From: Desulfarculus sp.
GTDB taxonomy: Bacteria; Desulfobacterota; Desulfarculia; Desulfarculales; Desulfarculaceae
Reading direction: 5' to 3'
DNA: 64,000 nt
NCBI GenBank assembly: GCA_003605055.1
Contig: QZKP01000018.1
Coordinates: forward strand, 40,644 to 104,643
Numbering within the stretch: the stretch's first letter is position 1; the number at the start of each line of letters is the position of its first letter. A model generated the notes under the pieces. The model was not told the DNA's origin, ran no database searches, and saw only the letters and a program-made list of their open reading frames with translations. The translations under genes and the position numbers were made by a program. Positions 15,331-25,383 of this stretch are shown in pieces.

Positions 15331-18002
15331 GCGTTTTTCTCCCCGCGGCCGCCGAACTCCCGCCGCACCAGCTCCAGTTCCTGCTCCCGGCCCAGCACCT
15401 CGCCGTCCAGGCAGGCGGCCTGCAGGCGGTCCAGAATCTTCTTGAACAGAGGGCCAGGGGCGAAACCCAGGGCCTTGAGGTCTTCGCCGTCCAACTGCGG
15501 CCGCACCCGGGATAGGCTGGTCAGGTACTGGCTCACCGCCCGCTTGGCCCAGCTCCGGGTGGCCACCGCCATGATTAACAACTGGTACTCGGGCTTCAGA
15601 GACCGCAGCAGGAAGTATATCTTTGAGGCGGACAGTTGTTCGCGCTGCAACAGGTTCAGGGCCCGCACCGCCCGGCGGCGCTCGCTGGACAGCTCGGCCC
15701 GCTGCTGGGGGGAGAACCCCAGCCGCCGGCCCAGGGCGTCGCGCTGCTCCTGGGTCAGGGCCTCGCTCAGGCCCAGGTAATAGACCAGCCAGGGCTGCAA
15801 GGGCCGGTCCAGGAAGGAGAGCCGGTGCCAGGCCAGGGCTTCCTCCAGGCTGCGCAGGCGCTCCTCGTCCCGGGGCTCCAGCTTCAGGTGCTGGTTGAAG
15901 ACCACGAGCAGCCGGAGCTCCTTGAGGCGCAGCAGGCAGTGCACGGCCTTTTCTTCGTTGAGCAACTGCTTGAATTCATTGAGCAGGCGCCGGCTGGACA
16001 GGCCGCGGAATACATCTATCTTCACCGCGTTCTTGATCAGGGACTCGGTGAGCTTGCCGATCTTGAACCCGAAGCGCTGCTCAAAGCGCACCGCCCGGAA
16101 GACTCTCGTGGGGTCCTCCACAAAGGAGAGGTTGTGCAGCACGCGCACCGCCTTCTCCTTGATGTCGCGCAGGCCGTCGAAGAAGTCCAACAGCTCCCCG
16201 AAGCCCCGGGGGTTGAGCTGCACGGCCAGAGTGTTGATGGTGAAGTCGCGGCGGTACAGGTCCAGCTTGAGGCTGGACAGCTCCACCACCGGCAGGGCGG
16301 CCGGCGACTGGTAGTACTCCAGGCGGGCGGTGGCCACATCCAGGCTCAGGTCGTCGCTGAAGATGAGCTTGGCGGTGTTGAACTTCTTGTGGCTGCGCAC
16401 CTTTACTCGGGCATGCTTTTCGCCGTAGCGCCGGGCGAAGACGATGCCGTCGCCTTCCACCACTATGTCCAGGTCCAGGTTCTCGCGCCGCAGGAACAGG
16501 TCGCGCACCGAGCCCCCCACCAGATAGGCCTTGAACCCCAGTTCCTCGGCCACCTGGCCCAGCTCCTGCAGTATGTCCAAGACCCGCCGGGGAAAGCGCT
16601 CGCTCATCAGGCTCTTGACGTTCTTGCGCTTCAGCGGCCGGTGGGAGTCAAAGGCGTCGTGCAGGCGCTCGGTGACCAGGGGGTTCTCGATGAGGGTGTT
16701 TAAGAGGTCCGTGCGGGTGATGACCCCCAGCAGCCGGCCGCCCTCCATCACGGGGACCAGGCGCTGGCGGCGCTCCACCACCGCCTGCTCCACCTCGATC
16801 AGGTTGGCCCGGGGGTGCAGCACCTCCACCCGGGGGGACATGTACTCGGCCACGGCCAAATCGCCCAGGTTGTGATAGAGGGCCTTTTCCACGGTCTGGC
16901 GGGTGATTATGCCCCGCACCGCCTGGCCCTGGGTCACGGGCAGCACGTTGACGTTGTAGCGGGTGAGCACCTCGGCCGTCTCGCGCAGGCTGGTCTCGGG
17001 CGGCACGGTGATCACCGGGCTGGTCATCAGGTCCTGGGCCAAGATGCTGGGGTTGATCTGGGCCCGCAGCACGTTGGTCAGGCGTTCGCGGGCCTCCACC
17101 AGGGTCAGGTCCTTGAGGGTGGCGCTGGCCGCGGTGGGGTGGCCGCCGCCGCCCATGGCCTTGGCGATGGCCCCGGCGTCCACCTCGGGCAGGCGGGAGC
17201 GGGCCACCAGGTACACCCGGCCCTCCATGCGGGCCAGGGCGAACAGGGCGTCCAGGTTCTCCATGTCCATGAACTTGTGCACCAGCACCGCGAACTCGGG
17301 CACGTAGGCCTCCCGGCTGACCTGGCTGACCACCACCTGGGCCCCGCTGATGTTGAGCGTCTCGGCCCCGTTGATCAGCTCATGCAGCAGCGCCACCTCC
17401 GCGCTGGTCAGCTCACGGGTGATCATGGAGGAAACCATGGAGAGCATGGCCCCCTGGCTGAGCAGCCAGGCCGCGGCCTCCAGGTCGGCCGGGGTGGTGG
17501 AGACGAAGGTGAAGCTGCCGGTGTCCTCGTAGATGCCCAGGGCCAGGATGGTGGCCTCGTCCTCGCTGAGGCTGACGCCCCGCTCCCGCAGCAGGCGGCT
17601 CATGATGGTCACCGTGGCCCCCAGCGGCTCCACGATCTGGAACTGGGCCTTGACGTCGCTGTCCGTGTCCGGGTGGTGGTCATAGGCGTGCACCTCCACC
17701 TCCGGGTCCTCGGCCAGCTCGGCCAGGGCGCCGATGCGGTCCTTCTGGCGGGTGTCCACCAAGATGAGCTGGCGCACCCGCTCAAAGGGCACCTGCTTGA
17801 TCTTGGCGAAGTTGTACAGGAAGCAGACCGACTGCACGAAGAAGGTGCGCAGGTTGCGCTCCTGGGCCCCGGGCAGCACCAGCAGGGCCTCGGGGTAGAG
17901 CTTGGCCGCGGCCAGCATGGAGGCCAGGGCGTCGAAGTCCGCGTTGACGTGGGTGGTGATCACCTCCAGGTCGCGCGGCGGCTTGGCTCTGGGCGCGTTC
18001 AC
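15327..18002 (-). CDS. Multidomain DHH/DHHA1 - CBS pair - poly(A) polymerase/CCA-adding nucleotidyltransferase protein
   Basis: N-terminal DHH motifs (THVNADFDALAS, DHH in AYDHHPD, GGGHPTAA). Two CBS-like segments. Then LVGGSVRDLFL...DLDIVV and RRDFTINTLA of the tRNA nucleotidyltransferase head domain. Confidence 0.85.
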   Translation of the reverse strand: MNAPRAKPPRDLEVITTHVNADFDALASMLAAAKLYPEALLVLPGAQERNLRTFFVQSVCFLYNFAKIKQVPFERVRQLILVDTRQKDRIGALAELAEDPEVEVHAYDHHPDTDSDVKAQFQIVEPLGATVTIMSRLLRERGVSLSEDEATILALGIYEDTGSFTFVSTTPADLEAAAWLLSQGAMLSMVSSMITRELTSAEVALLHELINGAETLNISGAQVVVSQVSREAYVPEFAVLVHKFMDMENLDALFALARMEGRVYLVARSRLPEVDAGAIAKAMGGGGHPTAASATLKDLTLVEARERLTNVLRAQINPSILAQDLMTSPVITVPPETSLRETAEVLTRYNVNVLPVTQGQAVRGIITRQTVEKALYHNLGDLAVAEYMSPRVEVLHPRANLIEVEQAVVERRQRLVPVMEGGRLLGVITRTDLLNTLIENPLVTERLHDAFDSHRPLKRKNVKSLMSERFPRRVLDILQELGQVAEELGFKAYLVGGSVRDLFLRRENLDLDIVVEGDGIVFARRYGEKHARVKVRSHKKFNTAKLIFSDDLSLDVATARLEYYQSPAALPVVELSSLKLDLYRRDFTINTLAVQLNPRGFGELLDFFDGLRDIKEKAVRVLHNLSFVEDPTRVFRAVRFEQRFGFKIGKLTESLIKNAVKIDVFRGLSSRRLLNEFKQLLNEEKAVHCLLRLKELRLLVVFNQHLKLEPRDEERLRSLEEALAWHRLSFLDRPLQPWLVYYLGLSEALTQEQRDALGRRLGFSPQQRAELSSERRRAVRALNLLQREQLSASKIYFLLRSLKPEYQLLIMAVATRSWAKRAVSQYLTSLSRVRPQLDGEDLKALGFAPGPLFKKILDRLQAACLDGEVLGREQELELVRREFGGRGEKNA

Positions 18003-18007
18003 GGCGG

Positions 18008-18922
18008 CTAGCCCCGGGGATGGTAGCGGCGGTGGATTTCCACCAGCCGCTGGCGGGTGACGTGGGTGTAGACCTGGGTGGTGCTTATGTCGCTGTGGCC
18101 CAGCATCATCTGTACGCTGCGCAGATCAGCCCCTCCCTCCAGCAGATGGGTGGCGAAGGTGTGGCGCAGGGTGTGCGGAGTCACCGGCCCGCTGACCCCG
18201 GCGGCGGTCAGGTGCCGGCGGATGATCTTCCACAGCCCCATGCGGCTCAGGGGTCCGCCGCGGCTGTTGACGAAAACCTCCTCGCGGCCCCGGCACTTGA
18301 GCAGCCTCTGCCGGGGCCCCTCCAGGTATTCCTGCAGGGCGGTCATGGCCTTTTCATTGAGCGGCACCAGGCGTTCCTTATCGCCCTTGCCCCGCACCAG
18401 CAGGCAGCCCACCTGGAACTGCACCTGGCCCACGCCCAGGCCGATCACCTCGCTGACCCTGATCCCCGCTCCGTACATCACCTCCAGGATGGCCCGGTCC
18501 CGGCTGCCCAGGTCGCGGCTGGGGTCCGGCGCGGCCAGCAGCCGCTCCGCCTCCTCCCGGCTGAGGAAGTAGGGCAGGCCGGCGGAGCGGTGGGGGCCCA
18601 CCAGCCCGGCCAAGGGGTCGCGCTTGAGCGCGCCCCGGCGCAGGAGAAAGCCCACCAGGCCGCGGGCCGCGGACAGGCGCCGGGCCCGGCTGGCCGGGGC
18701 CAGGCCCCGCTGGCTGGCCTGGGCCAGGTAGCCCACCATGTGCAGGCCCTCCATCTGGTCCCAGCGGCCGACCCCTTGGGCGGCCAGGAAATCGCTCAGC
18801 TCGGCCAGGTCCTCGGCGTAGGCCTGCACCGTGTTGCGCGACAGCCCCCGCTCGGCGGCCAGGTGATTCAGATACTGGTCCACCGCCTGGTGCAGGGAGC
18901 CGTTGTCCCTGGCCGCGCTCAT
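18008..18922 (-). CDS. xerD: Site-specific tyrosine recombinase XerD-type
   Basis: HTLRHTFATHLLEGGADLRSVQMMLGHSDISTTQVYTHV catalytic region. N-terminal SAM-like core-binding domain. Sits in a housekeeping context next to scpAB. Confidence 0.85.
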   Translation of the reverse strand: MSAARDNGSLHQAVDQYLNHLAAERGLSRNTVQAYAEDLAELSDFLAAQGVGRWDQMEGLHMVGYLAQASQRGLAPASRARRLSAARGLVGFLLRRGALKRDPLAGLVGPHRSAGLPYFLSREEAERLLAAPDPSRDLGSRDRAILEVMYGAGIRVSEVIGLGVGQVQFQVGCLLVRGKGDKERLVPLNEKAMTALQEYLEGPRQRLLKCRGREEVFVNSRGGPLSRMGLWKIIRRHLTAAGVSGPVTPHTLRHTFATHLLEGGADLRSVQMMLGHSDISTTQVYTHVTRQRLVEIHRRYHPRG

Positions 18923-18937
18923 GCCCCGCGCCCGGTC

Positions 18938-20038
18938 TCAGGCCAGGTCATAGAACCAATCCAGGGAGCCCAGGCGGGTGCAGCCCATGTCCTCCAGAAG
19001 CACCATGTCCTCCAGGCGCACTCCGCCCCAGCCCGGCAGGTAGATGCCCGGCTCGAGGGTGAAGACCATGCCCGGCCGCAGCAGGTCGCTGGCGTGGGGC
19101 CCCACCCGCGGGTCCTCGTGGGTGGCCAGGCCCACGCCGTGGCCCAGGGAGTGGCCGAAGCGCTCGCCAAAGCCGCCCTGGCTGATCACCTGGCGGGCGA
19201 TGGCGTCGGCCTGGGCGCCGGTCATGCCCGGGCGTATGTCCTCGTAGGCCTTTAGCTGGGCCCGGCGGGTCAGGGCGTACACCCGGCGGAACTGCTCGTC
19301 GGCCGCCTCCAGGCCGCCGGCCACCACCGTGCGGGAAATGTCGGAGCAGTAGCCCTCCAGCCTGGCCCCTACGTCAAAGATCACCGGGTCGCCGGCCTGG
19401 ATCACCCGGGGCCCGGACTCGGCGTGGGGCTCGGCCGCGTTGGGCCCGCTGGCCACCACGGGCGGGAAGGCCACGCCCTCGGCCCCCTGGTCCTCCAGGG
19501 TCCGGGTTATGGCCCGGGCCAGCTCCAGCTCGCTGCGGCCCACGATCTCGCCGGCCAGCACGGTGGCCAGCACCTGCTCCATGAGGGCCAAGCTTTTCTT
19601 TAAGGCACCTATTTCCTTGCTATTTTTTATGACGCGCAGCCGGGAGACGAGGCCATCCGTGGCCTTTAGCTCCACCCCGGCCAGCTCTTTCATTAGGCGC
19701 TGCTGCCAGGCCACAAGCATGGCCTCGGCCTCCAGGCCCAGGCGCTTGAGGCCCAGCCGCTTGGCCTGGCGGGCCACCTCGCCGGCCAGGCCCTGCTTGT
19801 AGATCACGGTTTCCAAAAGGGGGGCCTGGACCTGGGCGGTGAGCTGGTAGCGGAAGTCCGTGAGCAATAAGGCGGCGTTACGGCTGACTAAAAGCGCCCC
19901 GGAGCTTTCGCCCCACTGGCCGTCGTCCGGGGTGAAGCCCGACAAATAGCGGCGGTTGGCCGGCAGGGTCACCAGCAGGCCGTCGAGTTCCCGGTCTTTG
20001 AGAAGGGCTCTTAGCTTGGCCAGGCGCGCTTTGATCAT
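18938..20038 (-). CDS. Xaa-Pro aminopeptidase / M24 family metallopeptidase
   Basis: Creatinase-like N-domain plus pita-bread fold metal ligands (FDVGARLEGYCSDISRT, GHSLGHGVGL, LEPGIYLPGWGGVRLED). ATG 20038 preferred over the TTG at 20062. Confidence 0.85.
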   Translation of the reverse strand: MIKARLAKLRALLKDRELDGLLVTLPANRRYLSGFTPDDGQWGESSGALLVSRNAALLLTDFRYQLTAQVQAPLLETVIYKQGLAGEVARQAKRLGLKRLGLEAEAMLVAWQQRLMKELAGVELKATDGLVSRLRVIKNSKEIGALKKSLALMEQVLATVLAGEIVGRSELELARAITRTLEDQGAEGVAFPPVVASGPNAAEPHAESGPRVIQAGDPVIFDVGARLEGYCSDISRTVVAGGLEAADEQFRRVYALTRRAQLKAYEDIRPGMTGAQADAIARQVISQGGFGERFGHSLGHGVGLATHEDPRVGPHASDLLRPGMVFTLEPGIYLPGWGGVRLEDMVLLEDMGCTRLGSLDWFYDLA

Positions 20039-20216
20039 GGGTCCATCCCGTGGGTGACTCAAGGAGCATTTCTACAGCCTTCGTGAGATTTTATAGCATC
20101 GGGCCTGGCCCCTGGCAAGGCCGCGCCCGCCCAGCCGCGCCCGGGACGGCGGCCGCGCTTGCCAGGCGCGTTGCCCCTGGGGTATTAAATAGGGGCTTTT
20201 AGGGAGAGGCGTTGCC

Positions 20217-21614
<1,398 letters not shown>

Positions 21615-21649
21615 GGGGCCGCGGCCGGGCGAAGAGCAAGGAGAGGATC

Positions 21650-22459
21650 ATGGCACTCAAGGGAACCATCGGCCTGGCCGGCGGGGGCAACATGGGCTCG
21701 GCCCTGTTAAGGGGCATGCTGGCCGCCGGGCTGGTCGAGGCCGGCCAGGTGGTGGTGGCCGAAAAAATCGCGGACAAGGCCGCGGCTCTGGCCCAGGAGC
21801 TGGGGGTGGCGACGGTCGGCGGCCCGGCTGAGTTCAAGGGCCTGTCTCTGCTCATACTGGCCGTGAAGCCAGGAGACGTGGCCCAGGCGGCGCGCGAGGC
21901 GGCCCCGGCCCTGGGGCCCGACAGCCTGGTCATCACCCTGGCCGCCGGCATCCGCCTGGCCAGCGTGGCCCAGGTCCTGCCCCTGGGCCAGCCCCTGGTG
22001 CGGGCCATGCCCAACACCCCGGCCCTGATCCGCCGCGGCGTCACCGCCATCTGCGGCGGGGCGGGCCTGGAGGGCCGGCACCTGGAGACGGCCCGGCAGG
22101 TGTTCGGGGCCGTGGGCCAGGTGGTGCAGGTGGAGGAGGGGCTCATGAACGCGGTCACGGCCCTGTCCGGCTCGGGCCCGGCCTATGTCTTCGCCTTCAT
22201 GGAGGCCCTGAGCGAGGCCGGCGTGGCCCAGGGCCTGAGCCCGGAGGTGGCCCTGGAGCTGACCGCCCAGACCGTGGCCGGCGCGGCCCTCTTGCTCATC
22301 GAGCGCGGCGAGCAGCCCGGCCGGCTGCGGGAGCAGGTGACCTCGCCCGGCGGCACCACCGTGGCCGGCCTGGCCGAGCTGAGCAAGGGCGACCTGCGCG
22401 GCACCCTTATCAAGGCCGTGGCCGCGGCCACCCGGCGGGGCCAGGAGCTGGGCGGCTAG
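21650..22459 (+). CDS. proC: Pyrroline-5-carboxylate reductase
   Basis: GLAGGGNMGSALLRG Rossmann motif, RAMPNTPA, and C-terminal SPGGTT motif. Confidence 0.9.
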   Translation: MALKGTIGLAGGGNMGSALLRGMLAAGLVEAGQVVVAEKIADKAAALAQELGVATVGGPAEFKGLSLLILAVKPGDVAQAAREAAPALGPDSLVITLAAGIRLASVAQVLPLGQPLVRAMPNTPALIRRGVTAICGGAGLEGRHLETARQVFGAVGQVVQVEEGLMNAVTALSGSGPAYVFAFMEALSEAGVAQGLSPEVALELTAQTVAGAALLLIERGEQPGRLREQVTSPGGTTVAGLAELSKGDLRGTLIKAVAAATRRGQELGG

Positions 22460-22503
22460 GCGGACAAACTACCACCGGCCCGCAAGGGCCCGGAGGCATA
22501 ACC

Positions 22504-23793
22504 GTGAGCGACATCAAGGCGCAGTATCGCACGGTGATGGACGACCATTTTCCGGCCGAGGTGACCCTCACCATCGGCGACACCGTGCTCCGCTACAAAA
22601 AGCGCACCTGGAAGCTGCCCGACGAGTCAGGCCAGCTCATCGAAAAGGGCCTGCGCTACGGCGAGAACCCGGGCCAGGAGGCGGCCCTGTACGAGCTGGT
22701 GGGCGGCGGCCTCAGCGTGGGCCAGGTGCGGCTCATCGAGCCCGGCCGGGGCCTGGTCAGCGCCCTCAGCGAGGCGCAGATGCTCCAGGCCGGCAAGCAC
22801 CCGGGCAAGACCAACCTCACGGACGTGGACAACGCCCTGCACATCCTGCGCTATCTCACGGATAGGCCGGCCTGCGCCATCATGAAGCACAACAACCCCT
22901 CGGGCGTGGCCAGGGCCGCGAGCATCAGCGAGGCCTATCAGCGCGCCTTTCTGGCCGACCTGATCGCGGCCTTCGGCGGGGCGGCGGTGCTCAATCGCCC
23001 CCTGGACCGGACCACCGCCGAGATGATGCAGGAGCTCTACCTGGAGGTGGTGGCGGCGCCGGAGTACGAAGAGGGCGCCCTGGAGGCGCTAAAAAAGGCC
23101 AAGAACCTGCGCATCCTGCAGATACCGCGCATCGCCGAGTTGGCCGGCTACCGCGATGAGCGCTTTCTGGACATCAAAAGCCTCTTGGACGGCGGCCTGG
23201 TCTTGCAGGCCTCCAGCTTCAACCGCATCAAGACCCCGGCGGACCTGCTGCCCGCCCGCTGCGCGTACAAGGGTCAGGTTTACGAGCCCCAGCGCCAGCC
23301 CACGCCGGCGGAGCTGGAGGACGTGGTGTTCGGCTGGGCCGTGGAGCAGGGGGTGAGCAGCAACAGCGTCATCTACGTCAAGGACGGCTGCACGGTGGGC
23401 ATCGGCACCGGCGAGCAGGACCGGGTGGGCGTGGCCCGCATCGCGGTGGACAAGGCCTACACCAAGTACGCCAACAAGCTCTGCTGGCTGGCCCACGGCC
23501 TGAAGTACGACGAGCTGGCCCTGCGAATCCTCCGCGGCCAGGCGGACCCAGCCCTGATCCAGGCCATTGACCGCCAGGCCCAACAGGACCGGGGCGGCCT
23601 GCCCGGCTCGGTGATGATCTCCGACGCCTTCTTCCCCTTCCGGGACGGGGTGGACGTGGGCGTCGCCCAGGGGGTGAGCTGCATAGCCCACCCCGGCGGC
23701 AGCCTGCGCGACTGGGAGTCCATCGAGGCCTGCAACCAGGCCGACCCCCCGGTGGCCATGGTCTTCACCGGCCAGCGGGCCTTCAAGCACTAG
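22504..23793 (+). CDS. AICAR transformylase-domain protein (PurH-like, no MGS/IMP cyclohydrolase domain)
   Basis: LRYGENPGQ, MKHNNPSG, VIYVKDG..VGIGTGEQDRV, ISDAFFPF. These are AICARFT-domain signatures. Only about 40 aa precede the domain. GTG start. Confidence 0.8.
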   Translation: MSDIKAQYRTVMDDHFPAEVTLTIGDTVLRYKKRTWKLPDESGQLIEKGLRYGENPGQEAALYELVGGGLSVGQVRLIEPGRGLVSALSEAQMLQAGKHPGKTNLTDVDNALHILRYLTDRPACAIMKHNNPSGVARAASISEAYQRAFLADLIAAFGGAAVLNRPLDRTTAEMMQELYLEVVAAPEYEEGALEALKKAKNLRILQIPRIAELAGYRDERFLDIKSLLDGGLVLQASSFNRIKTPADLLPARCAYKGQVYEPQRQPTPAELEDVVFGWAVEQGVSSNSVIYVKDGCTVGIGTGEQDRVGVARIAVDKAYTKYANKLCWLAHGLKYDELALRILRGQADPALIQAIDRQAQQDRGGLPGSVMISDAFFPFRDGVDVGVAQGVSCIAHPGGSLRDWESIEACNQADPPVAMVFTGQRAFKH

Positions 23794-23811
23794 CGGACAT
23801 CGGTTGACGGC

Positions 23812-23856
23812 AAAAAAAGGTCCGGCCTGCCTGGAGGCCGGACTTGAACTTTTTTG
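23812..23856. terminator. Bidirectional intrinsic terminator between purH-like gene and pfk
   Basis: AAAAAAA-G-GTCCGGCC-tgcctgga-GGCCGGAC-ttgaac-TTTTTT. Perfect 8-bp stem at 23820-23843, flanked by an A-run and a T-run. Confidence 0.7.
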
Positions 23857-23862
23857 CCCCGC

Positions 23863-25206
23863 CTATTTGCCGCCGCCGTCGAGCAGGGACTCCTGGCCGG
23901 TGGCCTCGCGCACCGCCCGCCAGAGCCCGCCCTGGGGGTCCACCTGGCGGCGGTGGGTGATGGCCAGCTCGATGGGCACGTGCACGTAGTGGTTGTTCCA
24001 CAAGGAAACCAGCATGCCCGTACGGCCGCTCATGCCCGCGTGCACCGCGTGGTGGCCCAGGAAGCCGGTGTAGATGCGGTCCTCGGAGCTGGCCGGCACC
24101 GAGCGGATTATGTAGCTGGGGTCTATGTACTTGAGGTTCAGCTCGATGCCCAGCTTGTGGAAGTGCTCGCCGATACGCTTTTTCAGGTACAGGCCGATGT
24201 CGCCCAGCACCACGTTGCCGCTCAGGTCGCGGCCCAGGTCCTGGCCCTCGAAGAACTTCTGCCCGGCGCCCTCGGCCACCACGATCACCGCGTGGCCCCG
24301 GCTGGACAGGCGGTGCTCCATCTGGGCCAGCAGGCCGCGGGGTCCGTCCAGGTCGAAGTTCACCTCCGGGATCAGACAGAAGTTCACCTCGGTCAGGGCC
24401 AGGGTGGCGTAGGCGGCCACGAAGCCCGACAGGCGGCCCATGAGCTTGACCATGCCCACCCCGTGGGGGGAGCCGGTGGCCTCGTTGTGGGCCCCCAGGA
24501 TGGCCCGGGTGGCGGCTTCCACCGCGGTCTGGAAACCGAAGGTGCGTTCCACGAAGCAGATGTCGTTGTCAATGGTCTTGGGTATGCAGATCACCCCCAC
24601 CTTGAGCCGGCGCCTGCTGATTTCCTTGAAGATGGCCTGGCCGGCGTGCAGGGTGCCGTCGCCGCCGATCATGAACAGCAGCCCGATGTTCTGCCGCTCC
24701 AGGGAGTCCACCACCTCCTCGATGGGCTGGGGCCCGCGGCTCATGCCCAGGAAGGCGCCGCCGCGGCCGTGGATGTTCTGCACCACCTCCGGGTTGAGGT
24801 CCATCAGCTCATGGCCGTAGCGGGGGCAGAAGCCCTGCAGGCCGAAGCGGACCCCCACGATGTTGCGCACACCGTAGATGTAGTAGAGCTGCAAGACAAT
24901 GGAGCGCACCAGGGAGTTGATGCCCGGGCACATGCCGCCGCAGGTGACGATGGCCGCCTTGAGCTTGGTGGGATCAAAGTAGATGTGTTGGCGAGGGCCG
25001 GCGAGCTCAAAGGTGGGCGGCTCCCCTTTGCCCTTGATCTGGCCGGGGTAGGGATTGACCAGCACCCGGTCCCCCTCGTCCACCATGGCGCAGACGCTGC
25101 CGTCCGGGCCGCACATGTGGGAGACGGGGTTGTGGATTTTGGCCTGGCCCAGCGTAAGGATGGAGGTCTGGGAGGCCCGCACCGTAAATCTTTCTTCGCG
25201 TACCAT
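23863..25206 (-). CDS. 6-phosphofructokinase (long, plant/clade-X type)
   Basis: TCGGMCPGIN, IGGDGT, PKTIDNDI, MGR. The phosphoryl-donor signature is mixed (see findings). Confidence 0.88.
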   Translation of the reverse strand: MVREERFTVRASQTSILTLGQAKIHNPVSHMCGPDGSVCAMVDEGDRVLVNPYPGQIKGKGEPPTFELAGPRQHIYFDPTKLKAAIVTCGGMCPGINSLVRSIVLQLYYIYGVRNIVGVRFGLQGFCPRYGHELMDLNPEVVQNIHGRGGAFLGMSRGPQPIEEVVDSLERQNIGLLFMIGGDGTLHAGQAIFKEISRRRLKVGVICIPKTIDNDICFVERTFGFQTAVEAATRAILGAHNEATGSPHGVGMVKLMGRLSGFVAAYATLALTEVNFCLIPEVNFDLDGPRGLLAQMEHRLSSRGHAVIVVAEGAGQKFFEGQDLGRDLSGNVVLGDIGLYLKKRIGEHFHKLGIELNLKYIDPSYIIRSVPASSEDRIYTGFLGHHAVHAGMSGRTGMLVSLWNNHYVHVPIELAITHRRQVDPQGGLWRAVREATGQESLLDGGGK

Positions 25207-25334
25207 GGTACCTCAACTGGTTGTGCATACCAAATGCTTGCAAAACGCTAGCACCCCCGGCGGGGCCGGTCAAGCGCGGCCGGGGCGGGCTTTTCCAAAG
25301 CCAAGGGTTGTGTTACCATCACTGGCGCTGTGCC

Positions 25335-25350
25335 TGGCAGGGGTATGGCA
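25335..25350 (+). promoter_or_regulatory. Candidate sigma-54 (-24/-12) promoter upstream of the Fe-ADH/aminotransferase/kdsB genes
   Basis: TGGCAG-GGGTA-TGGCA has the GG and GC dinucleotides at exactly the consensus spacing of TGGCAC-N5-TTGC. It lies 34 nt upstream of ATG 25384. Confidence 0.35.
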
Positions 25351-25383
25351 AGATGATTCGTTCATAACTTATGGAGAATTTTA

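Noticed and set aside
18008-18922. Tyrosine recombinase as a marker of a mobile element or genomic island
   Set aside because: The sequence and context fit chromosomal XerD. It is embedded in a conserved housekeeping operon with scpA, scpB and rluB. There are no flanking repeats, no cargo genes and no compositional shift.
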